This document shows positions 23,792 through 34,900 of a DNA stretch of 64,000 nt, piece by piece; position 1 is the stretch's first letter; every line of letters begins with the position of its first letter. The translations under genes and the position numbers were made by a program. The notes beneath the pieces were generated by a model, which was given only the letters and a program-made list of their open reading frames with translations, did no database searches and was not told the DNA's origin. Source of the stretch: Antedon mediterranea. Lineage: Eukaryota > Animalia > Echinodermata. The stretch is from NCBI RefSeq assembly GCF_964355755.1, contig NC_092672.1, forward strand, positions 30,634,437-30,698,436, given 5' to 3'.

Positions 23792-26599
23792 ATAGCTTTA
23801 TCTAGAGTTGTAGACATACGTCCAAACATTTTCCTTTTATCAATCCAGATTGTATGTGTATCTTCCAACCTCTTCTTTAAGCTATTAAAAATTAATCCGA
23901 CAGTCCTAAAAGTGAAAATCTCCGTTAAAGATGTATTATTCCTCAAAAACATGAAAAACAAAGATTAATAAAACCACACTTTGAATAGGCCATGTTGTAG
24001 TTTTAACAAAGTTAATCATTTCATCGAAAAAAAATAATGTTTTCACTTATAAAATCATAAAACAAAACGCTTAAATATAATCAAAAGCCCATTGTCTGGA
24101 ATACCGTACACATGGCGATCCAATTTTTGGTCAAAGTAAATAAGTATATGTGAAATTAAAATGGAATATTCAACAAACAAATTTTAAAATATTATATTGT
24201 CAGGGAAAAATATATCTTTAAGTTTATCTGTAGCAATTAATCATGGAATAAAAAACATAGAGAGTTTAAAGGTATGGTATTTTCCTCAAACATCTTATTT
24301 TTATAGATTGAAAGTGCTAGAATTATTATCTATTGATTGTTTAAATAACATATACTTTTAATAGGATTTAAGGCATTGAAAGGTTACTTCCCTCATTCTT
24401 TCAATGAGTATTTTAAACTAGTGAAAGTTGGCTTTTACGTTGGAATTCGAAAGGCAATACTTTTCATAATTCTGTATTATTATTATTATGAATTATTAAA
24501 GTTTCACAAACAATTTAAATATTTAAGGCTGCTCTAACAAAACACTATTTATTTCATGTTATGTATTTATTTGTATTACAATTGTTTAATTTTCTTGTAT
24601 ACGGTTTTATCTTAACTGATTGTACAATATAGAGTGAGTGCATAATCTGTTTGAGCTTTTCTCACTCATGGTTATTTTTTCATTGGTGACTGAATAAATA
24701 TTATTATCATTATTATCGTCATCGTCATCATCATCATTATTATTATTATTAAATGTGTTGGAATATTAGAAAAGAAATGTCGATAAATTCAGTGGCTTAT
24801 TTAAAAACAATCAGCAGTATCAACTGCTAATAATAATTGTATGTTTGGACAATTATAATTTAATTATATTAACAAAATGTACTTGCCTCCTCTGTTTGTG
24901 ACTGTAGCTAATCATTATTTGGTTCTGAAACAAAAAAAAACTCGTATTATGAAACTTGTAATTTCAATAATATTAATACATTTTTTGTTATAAAATATTA
25001 TCTATTTATACCTTTTGTTTTGTTTCCAACTTTTCAGGCTGTTTGTCGTTTTTATTTTCTGAAATCAAAAATATTTGCATAAATGCATTCCATTAAACCA
25101 CCAGATGCAAACAAAAAACTGCATTCTAACCATGGATGTGAAATATTCTACGTATACTTTAATGCCTTATTTGGCATAATTGGAAGTTTTATAATGGTTG
25201 TATTGTTTATTCTTGCAAAGCAAAAAATAGTCACATTGTTAATAGGCAAAATATCGTACCTTTGCTTTTGCAATTAATAACAATATAATAATAATAACTA
25301 TAATAGGCAGTCAACATCTCAAGCCCTTGAAGTCATCATACGATTTAAGAGCACAGTAGGCCTAAGCTGAATAGTGTTTTCAGTTTTACTCCCATAATAA
25401 GTGCATATCTGTAAACCATGTATTAGTTGATATTTTCAATAAAAGAATGTGCACTATGCACTTAAATAAGAAAATACCTTGATAGCGATAATAATACTAC
25501 TAGATCATGGCCCTACTACTAATACCATGGATTATTGAATTATTCATTGTTCCATGTAATAACAGAAACCATCAAATCGATCGACTAGTTTATATTTTAC
25601 ATGTGTTACCTGTTTTCTTCTTTTTGTTACGTATTCTTTTTGTAGTTGAGGCTATATTAAAAAAACAATAACATTTATAATGTAATAATGCAGAACGCAC
25701 AGCGCGAGAGCGTAACAACAACATGTGTTCTATGTGAAAGACCGTAACTAAGCAAACGAGACCCCCTTAACAACAAGTGTTCTATGTTGAGTGACGATGA
25801 AATAACTAAATTACATGATGATGCAGATTAAAAAAACAACAACAAAATCAAATATGCGGTCAGTAGGCTATAAAGGTAAAATACCTTCTTTTGATGTTAT
25901 AAAGACAATAGATATCCTAGCCTAGGCCTACTGCGTCTTTTCAAACATGTAGGCCTTTCAATCTGAATAAAATGAAAAGAATCTACTACTAGATGTATTT
26001 ATAACATAAATAATGAATGTTTTTCATATTCTTGTGATTGTACAAATAATTTAATGAGGTGAAATATCAAATTCTTTTTTTTCACTTGGGCTTTTCCTCA
26101 TGAAAATAGAATGTCATCTTTCACCTCATGAATTTATTTGTACCATCACACTCATAAACATTCATTATTTGTATAATAACATGCGTTCTCTCCTTCATCA
26201 GATTCTTCTGAATTGTCTGCCATCTTTCTTTTACGAGTTCCTTTTGAGGTGAGTGCTATAAGAAAGAAATTTAACAGTGGTAATAGCCTATCAAATGTAT
26301 AGTCTACCAGGGTTTTGTTTAATGTATCGTTATGGTATAGTAATATTAATTTATGGAATACCAATATTTACCTCTTTTCCCCTTCATTTTTGGAGTATAA
26401 ACTTCGTTGCTATCATCAGAGTACTCTGATGCAAATAAGATCACAATTTAACAGTAATTAAAATGTAATTTCATTAACCTAATGTGTTTTTTAAATGTTT
26501 GATAATTAAAACTGAAACCAAAAACAGACTTGATAATAAATTTAATAGCAAAAACTGTTTTTGTGTTCCTGTAGTAACACAATAATATTATTAATAATA

Positions 26600-27058
26600 A
26601 TAATTAAAGTAGACGTTTTATTTTTGTTAAAGTTTTAACCTGAGTTCTCTTCTTCGTCAGATTCTACTGATGTAAGTGTTGCCTTCGCTCTTGTAGAGGT
26701 TTTTGAAGCAGGTGCTATAATAAAGACAATGTAATAATGCAATAAAATCAAATATGCGGTCAGTAGGCTATAAAGGTAAAATATCTTCTTTAGATGTTAT
26801 AAAGACAATAAGTATCCTAGCCTAGGCCTACTGTGTCTTTTCAAGCATGTATGCCTTTCAATCTGAATAAAATGAAAATAATAACAATAATTAAAGTAGA
26901 CTTTTTATTTTCGTTAAAGTTTTAACCTGAGTTCTCTTCTTCGTCAGATTCTACTGATGTAAGTATTGCCTTCCCTCTTGTAGAGGTTTTTGAAGCAGGT
27001 GCTATAATAAAGACAATGTAATAATGCAATAAAATCAAATATGCGGTCAGTAGGCTAT
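26600..27058. repeat. 287-bp tandem exon+intron duplication in the DED-TIR linker
   Basis: 75-nt exons 26640-26714 and 26927-27001 (APASKTSTR[A/G]KA[T/I]LTSVESDEEENS) are duplicated with their flanking introns; a third intron copy lies at about 25845-25975. Confidence 0.9.
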
Positions 27059-27769
27059 GATTTATTTTTACTGTAGGTATACGTTAGTATAAAACAGAAA
27101 TACTCAAATTACATAAATTTCATTATTATTAAATATTATCTGTTCAATTCCCAATAAAGTATACGTTGTAAATACAGAAATAAAAAGACATCGAATTTGA
27201 ATTATTGACAATACTTGAGTTATTAAAATAGCAAAACATACCTTTAAGACCACTTTCCTTCAGCTCTTCAATAATTTCGTCAAAGTTGTCTTCATCTATT
27301 ACACCTCTGCATTTTTCAAGATCAAATAGCATATCCCAGCGGTCCGAATATATTGTTTCATAGGATTATTAAATAGTCCGTTGATTTTATGAACGTCCTC
27401 GTCCGATAGGGTAGAGAAAAATTTCAGTAGTCTTTGTCGGTGCTGTGTAAACGATGAAACCTCTGCATTTGAAAACGATGGCAGCAGGTTTCCAAGCTCT
27501 CCTCTCAGTCCATCTTGATCGGTGGTGGTAATCGTGTCGTGCAGAATTATAAGATTATTCCGACTTAGTTTTCCAGCAGCATGTAATGCATTTAACAGTA
27601 CTATTGTTCTGTTTTCTTTATTATTACTGTACGTTGCGGTATCCAATAAGTCAATGCACGTACATTTGAGTCTATTGAATAATCCCTCGTGACGGCGCTT
27701 GTCATACCAGGCTGAACATTTTACTTTTAACTTTCTATACTCGCCCTCTGATACACCTTATATTATATT

Positions 27770-28262
27770 CAGTATACAGTAGGCCCATGCTGTAGTTTAA
27801 AGGTCAATAACCACACTATTGGCCATTCTTGTACAAAATGTGCCATTAGACTGGATAGAAACACACATGTTTTAAACAATTTAAACAGAAAAAAAAATCA
27901 GAAGACCACAATTTTCAAAGTTATATTATTATTATATTATTATATTTGACTAATAGTTCAAAGGTCAATAGTTGTAGAATTGGCCATTTTTTCAAAAACA
28001 TTTCATTATCATAAATATGAATGTATAGTTTCTGAACAATTCGAGCCCTATTTCGTGTCTCTCCGATTATTGGTTACTGAGATACGATACATCAAGGTCA
28101 AAGGTCAAAATGTCAGAAATAAGACTTGCATCCATTTTTTGAGAAAATATGTCATTAAAGTGAATATAAAAACATATATTTAAAACATTTTGAGACCAAA
28201 ATTAATTATCTGTGACTAGTGGTTCTCGAGATATAGGGTAATTATAAAAAATGGCCGCCATT
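27770..28262. mobile_element. DNA-transposon subterminal fragment (AAGGTCAA / AAAATGGCCGCC motifs), probably a second Academ-like family
   Basis: Repeated AAAGGTCAA motifs; its copy at about 38653-38820 directly follows an XPG-like coding fragment; it abuts the truncated 5' end of the DED exon. Confidence 0.4.
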
Positions 28263-28513
28263 TTTAATTGAATTGAATTGTTTGAATTTCCTTCACTTTA
28301 TTCCAAATCACAATTTTTTTTACTTAACAATTTTAAAACAAATGCAATAATATGAAAAGGAATAGGGCAACCACGAACAAACAAAAGCCTTACAACTGTG
28401 GCACCCTTTAAAAATATAAAACAAATTATTTTAATAGTATGCATGAAAGAATCGAAATTTACTAAAAACATTTTTTATAGTACTGCAAGATAATAAATAT
28501 GAAACTATACTAA

Positions 28514-28558
<45 letters not shown>

Positions 28559-31500
28559 TAGCATTGTAAATAATAACAATAATAATACATAATGATGATT
28601 ACTTTTTTTCTCTGCAAATAAGACAGTTTTCTTCTTAACACAAATACTTTATAAAATGATAACGTTCAATATAAGTACAATCTAACTTCTTCTTAAATAA
28701 TGATATATTTCTACATTGTTTTAGATCATCCGATAGATTATTCCACACCTTAGACCCAGTATACGAGAAGCCTTGACGGCCAACATTTGTATGCTTCAGA
28801 TCTATTACAAGATTATTTTTATTGCGCGTGTTATAATCATGATACGTCGAAGGTGTGGAAAAATCCATCGAATGACTCTGGTAATTTTCCATTTTTGTAG
28901 AGGAACATTAAATTTGCTACATTTTGTTCATATAGATCGAAGATGTTTAAGGTATTAGTTTTAATGAATAATGGAGAAGAGGGATGTAGGTAGTGGACTT
29001 TACATATTATTCGGAGGGCCTTTTTTTGTAAAAGGTGAATTCTATTTAAATTATTTATGCTACCAGTACCCCACACAGTAATGCCATATGTAATGATGGG
29101 AACGATAAGGGATTTATAAATAATGAGCAATATTTCGAATGGTAGTATGGTTTTTAAGAGATTCATAGCTCCAATAATGGCAGAAATTTTACTAGTGATT
29201 ACATCAATATGCCGTAAGAAATTTATTTTGTTTGTTGTTTGATAAACTCTTTCAATAACGTCTTGATCAATAAAAATGTTTACATGAGATGTATCAATAG
29301 TACTATTTCTACCACTAAAAACCATACATTTGGTCTTTTTAGTATTTATGGTAAGTTTGTTTGCCTTAATCCACAAATTTAATTTTCTTAATTCATTATT
29401 CATAATATCAATAGCTTCGTTTACATTGTTCTGTTGTAAGAAAACACTTGTGTCATCGGCAAACAGTATTATTTGTGTACTGGTACACACTGATGGCATA
29501 TCATTTACAAACATTAGGAATAATATCGAACCCAAGATTGATCCTTGAGGGACACCGTATTTTATCAACTTTTTGTCGGAATTTATTCCGTCAATAGTTA
29601 CGAATTGTTCTCTTTCGCTTAGATAACTGCAGAACCATTTATGTACAATACCTCTGATCCCAAAATAGGGTATTTTTTTAGTAAGTATGTTGTGGTCGAA
29701 TCAAAGGCCTTAGATAGGTCGAGAAAGACGCCATAAACAAACTGCTTATCGTCAATTGCCATTGAGGTCGGTTGAGGTCGTTGAGGAGAGAGCACCTATT
29801 TTAATCGAGCTCCGTTTTAGCAAAATTTTAACCTTTATATTTCAAGTTTTAACTTCGTCTTTTGGTGTCATTTTATCGAGTCCAGTGTCCTTTACCTTTC
29901 TTTAACAATCCAGAATGACTTGAAGCATCTCGAGACGTGGGAAAAGAAGTGGCTTATGTCTTTTAAGCCTGATAAATGTAGTATACTACGTTTTAGCACA
30001 CGGAAACATGTCTTGGAATACTCATACCGGTTATCTGGACAAACTATACAGGCTCTTCATCAACATAAACATCTAGGAGTTACCTTATCTACTGACTTGA
30101 AGTGGAATCCTCATGTAGACAGGGTAGTTAACAAAGCCAATGGCATGCTGGGCTTTGTCCGTCGAAATCTGGGCAATGCCCCACGGAATGTCAAGATCCA
30201 AGCATACAAAGGCCTTATCCGTCCCCATGTTGAATATTGTAGCTCAGTGTGGGACCCTCACACAAATTGCAACATCAAAAAAGTCGAAGCTTTCCAAAGA
30301 CGTGCAGCCAGATTTATCACAAACAATTACAGTAGAGAATCTTCTGTTTCTGCTATACTAAACGAAATCAACCTCCAACCACTTCAGCGCAGACGACAAG
30401 TAAATAGACTTATGATGCTGCACAAAATCGTCCCTAAAAAGATTGACCTGAAGCTTGAAGATCATATAGAATACAGTAAACGACCAAACTCAGCAAGATG
30501 TACAAGAAACAACAATCCACTTACAATTAAAGTTCCTATGGCTAAGACCAACAGATTCCAGAGCTCTTTCTTCCATAACACAGTTAGAGACTGGAATGCT
30601 CTCCCGTTCTCTACAACTTCGACCACTATCACTAAAACCTTCTCCAAACTAATTCATGACTAGCTTTCCCCTCCTCAACCTCTACTCACACATTGAGTGA
30701 TACTCCAGTTGGAGTTTATCAATTATTCAATCAAGATCAAGATCAAGATGATATTTTCTCAATTGTCTGCAAGAGGGCGTGGTTTGTCGAGTGCCCTTTT
30801 CTAAAACCGTATTGTCTGTCGTTAAGGATTTTGTACTTATTTAGGAATGATAATGTTTGTTCATGAACAATTTGTTCATACACCTTTGACATACAAGATA
30901 GTATGGATATAGGCCTATAATTTCATATATCGTCTATAACGCCACACTCTTATATACCGGTATAGTTTTTGCCAATTTAAGTTTATTTGGAAAGACTCCT
31001 GTGCTGAGTGATAGATTGACTAAATACGAAACAGGTTTAGTTAATATATCAGCATTTTTATTTATGTATTTTGCCCCGATATCATCATGGCCTGGTGACT
31101 TGCTTGTGTTCAGGTCCGATAGGTATGTTTTGTATGATATGATTATTCATGTAATCTACTCGATTTACATGTGGGTAATTTTCATTTGCCTTTTCTGCCA
31201 TTTCTTCACCAATATTATTAAAATAAGAATTCATTACTTCCGCTTTATTAGTGGGAGTTTCAAATGTTTCAGAACGATATGTCACTTTTGCTGGGATTTT
31301 CGATTTTTTATTTCTTCCCAGAATAGCATTTATAGCACTCCATATTTTTATCATGTCATTTTTTTGTTTTTCGAAGTCCTCTTTATAATAACTTATTTTT
31401 CTTTGTCTAATGATTGTTGTTAGTTTGTTTTTGTATTTTTTATATTTTGATTTATTAACACTAGAAGGATTCTTCTTATATTTGATATATAATTTTTTTT

Positions 31501-31955
31501 TAGTATTTAGAGACCGTTCTATACCATCAGTCATCCAGGGTGACCTTATTCTATCGGTTTTCAACCTAACCTCTTTTAACGGGAAACATCTATCAATTAA
31601 TGTTGTAATTGTATTTGAGAATCGATTATATGATACATTTGCATCAGAGAAATTTAAGAAATTATCCCAATGTTGATTTTGTAACTCATTTCGAAATAAT
31701 TAATTTTGTTCAGTCGAAAAGTTACGCTTAAAAACATATGTGCTTGTTTTACTTTCCGTATATTTTTGTGATTTATCAATGCTTATTACTGGACAATGAT
31801 CAGATATATCACTAAACAAAATATTAGTTTCAATGTCATGAGTGTTTGGAGAGTTTGTATAAATGTTGTCTATTATTGTTGACGTTTCCTCAGTAATGCG
31901 CGTCGGTTATTTACTAGGGGTATAAATGATTCTGAGATCATAGAGTCGACATGCA
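28263..31955 (-). mobile_element. Degenerate L2/CR1-group (Crack/Daphne-like) LINE ORF2: endonuclease end, RT, C-terminus, 3'UTR
   Basis: Endonuclease PTRITE..IDNIYT..ISDHCP (about 31.8-31.9 kb), SPWMT linker, FLDLSKAFD (about 29.7 kb), YGVPQGSILG..FADDT RT core, HDYNTR..G.KVWNNL..FKKKL end, (CAATT)n tail at about 28265; frameshifts and internal deletions. Confidence 0.9.
29766..30748 (+). mobile_element. Nested antisense LINE 3' fragment (CR1-group ORF2 C-terminal 247 aa) with (TCAAGA)n tail
   Basis: ORF 29920-30663 W..KWLMSF.PDKC..KHLGV..L.W..HV..KAN.MLGF.RRN..YK.LIRP.VEY.SSVWDP..SFF..TVRDWNALP; interrupts host RT between KIS and MAIDDK with TGA duplicated on both sides. Confidence 0.88.
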
Positions 31956-31997
31956 AATTATTATTTTATTATGCAAATTAAGGGCTTAGATGGCCGA

Positions 31998-34900
31998 ATT
32001 TCGCTGGGGATCCGCCATATTCGTAATCAGCGAGGTCGAAATATCCTAAATCAAGTGGATCCCAGCTTCTACCCAAAAATGCTTCTTACACCATATTTCA
32101 GAGGAAATAGAACTTGTCTATTTGTTCAGGATACAGACTTAAACCATAAAGTATCGTGTTTTGTGTTATAAAATGGCGTGTCTACTCAGAATCCTCATGA
32201 ATTGAAAATAGAATGATGTATTGTCATGACCAACTTCCGTTTAATTCAATTGGAAATTCCAATATGACAGATATAGGCAACTGCTTCGAACAAAAGACTG
32301 CTACTATATTATTATAATTATTATTTGTACAGAAAAGTATAGGAATATTGCTCAACTGGAACGACCTTATATCGCAGGCGTCGTAAACTAAAAACCAACA
32401 TATTTACTAATCAAACTATAATCTTAGCACATTATACATCATCATGCTTTATGTTATTAATTAACATTTTTAATATAAAAATGTTGAGGCTTTAATCGTT
32501 CCTTCTGTACGTTTAACGATGCTTCAATACTTGTTTTTCTTCGACATGCTATAGCTATGCAATATTTTACATAAAACTAATTACTTAAGCATTAGCTATA
32601 ACAGGTTATAGCGTTGGTTGATAACGTATGATTAGTTTTTAACAATGAACTACCGTATTATTAAAGGTGGTGTATACTGAATATATGTAACTTTCAATAG
32701 ACTTGTTTAACAATGTATGCATTGAATGTGCACGTTGAAAATAAGGTATCGATAGCGAATTTATCATATCAGACTGTTCTTTTAATATTTGTATTAATTA
32801 CTTTTATAATTGTTAAAATATTATTGTAAGAATGATGTCGACTCAAACACTTGTAATCATGTAATCATATAATACTATTTAGTATGGGTTCCAGACGAAG
32901 TTTTGACCTAATATTAGTAAAAAGATATATATTTTGCCGTATACTACCTGAGCTTGTAAACATCGAAATTATAAATAACTACAGACTTGGAGAAAATCTA
33001 ATTATGAGAAAGATATCATTTTCATAGGAGTATATGCCCTAGCTATTTGCGTTTCCTCTAAGTGTTCCTGTGTGGTGATAGTCATGGGTGTAATTTTCCT
33101 GAGAATTTATTTATTCGTTTTTTTCTTAGAAAATGGAAAGACTTTGAATAGGTTCATTTGCTTTGCTGCTTTTTTTGCCTTAGTCATACATGAATACTAA
33201 GCACATTTTTTCATCTCGTTGTATACGGTACAGAGAGGCCCTGTGATTATAGTTATATTATATAAATTGAATGCATGTTGTATGGAACCTAAATAATACT
33301 ACTTAATATTAAAATTATATAGAATTGAAAATAAAAGTGTATTTAAAAAAATAAATATACACTTGTTGTATGCGCAACATAATAACCGTAAAGTCGGCAA
33401 AATTGAATACCCAGAACGAAACAAGAAAAATAGCGTAGCAAACGAAGTACTGTACAAAATAAAAGAGACACTCGCCGGCAGTGTTTTGTAAAGTAGCCTT
33501 ACCGTATCTGGTTATAAATTTAAAACAATATTTCCGTGACAGATTAGTAAGATTTAGTTAGGAAATTTTATTTACAGGACCTGTGTAATTAATATAGGAT
33601 ATTTTTTAAACATCCATTATGTAGCCTAAGTTTATGATTATCTATCCTAAGAGAGTCTAAATTACTGTTATGTACAATATACCAGAGAGTTTGTAAGTAA
33701 GTTGTATTATAGTCTTATTCTTGGCCTTACCACTATTGTAGATGTAGACCTGGACATTTTTATATATCGACGCCTAAGCTAAAATTGCGATTCGCTTTAC
33801 TGACAAAAAGTATCCTGTATTCTACTGTCCCGAACCAGAAAATAATAGGTAATTTACTATTATTAAATCTACCTAATTTTCCTCTTAAATTACAGATATG
33901 GGTTAAGATAGATGAATGTGCAATTTATAATTTTCATTCTGGAAAGTCAAAGAAATTATGCAACCTACTATAAATATAGCTAAATTTACTGAGAAACAGG
34001 ATGCGGTAGTTTATGGCGTGGGTTGATTGTCCGATACGTATGAGAAGATTATAACAATAAAGTATGTTAATATAGACTAGATGTTATTATTACTAAGCAA
34101 CACAATAGTACAGGAAAGATATGCTCAGAATCAGTAAAAGGTTGAAAAAATTGCAACAGAATTTTTGTTTCACCACAATGCATTTCTATAAGGTCCCTAT
34201 ATGAACATACTAAAAGTCTAGAAAAATCCAAGTAGGGGAAATTTGTTTTTTTTTAAACAAAATGGCCGCCAATGGCAAAAAATGTCTTAAAATGAACCAA
34301 AAAAAAATAAAAAAAATGAACAAAAAAAATGAACAAAAAAACATATATTGTATATCTAATTACCACTTGATAGCAGTTTTTTTAATGCTTTTTATATTTC
34401 TTTAGTGTCAAACATTTAAACTGCAATTTACATATTAATTTAAGTGACATTAAGCAGCAAAAACACTATCAAGATATATCACCACGGTTATAATATAGAC
34501 AACGTAGTCCTATGCATTATAATGCAGGATTACGGTGTCTAATAAAACAGTTCATTTACATTTGTACTGTCACAACAATAGAATTATACAATCTTACAAT
34601 CTATTAATCCATTTATTGTCATTGTCCAGTTATCATCCTCTGTCTATAGGTAGGAATTAAGCCTGTGCTGATGCCGTGGTATTCGTCACAAACAGTGGTA
34701 CTGGTGGTAAATTTGTCGTCAATGGACACATCACGCCATTTGTAACTTTCTATCCCCCAGTCTGTGGGTTGAAGAGTATTTTCTATCTACTGCTGTACCA
34801 TGGTAATATACACGCAGGAAATGAGATTTTGCAGCATTTGTTGTTGGGGGAATAGACTTTATTTCAAGTGCTGTTTTGCTTTTTGCTACTTTCTCCCAGA

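Larger units (their letters stand above)
22189..27757 (-). pseudogene. Tandem DED-like + charged linker + TIR domain gene (reconstructed ~432 aa), disrupted
   Basis: Phase-compatible exons: 27757-27242 (two DED-like repeats, frameshift near 27350), 27001-26927, 26714-26640, 26425-26372, 26255-26181, 25651-25610, 25058-25012, 24924-24887 (NQIMISYSHKQR, TIR box 1, GC donor), 23905-23012 (..IWIDKRKMFGRMSTTLDKA/ISDSSIVLLCTSKAYEESEFCKF, split by an LTR), 22831-22647 (ECDKVLEYDKKLIPLKME..RFYIDFS..), 22200-22189 (YQM*). An in-frame TAA and no ATG precede GVSEGEY. Confidence 0.85.

Noticed and set aside
23820-23820. GTATGT as the normal donor ending the TIR exon
   Set aside because: Removing the LTR gives a continuous frame (FGRMSTTLDKAISDSS), and no phase-compatible acceptor was found near 23110.
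25526-25556. Fifth P-like footprint (CATGGA...TCCATG)
   Set aside because: The flanks (CTAATAC vs TAATAAC) are not an exact duplication, so support is too weak.
28095-28107. Perfect DR1 nuclear-receptor element AGGTCAAAGGTCA upstream of the DED exon
   Set aside because: It lies within a transposon-like fragment rich in AAGGTCAA motifs; nothing supports a regulatory role.
31001-31676. Plus-strand hydrophobic ORFs
   Set aside because: Antisense shadows of the lysine-rich LINE ORF2 linker.
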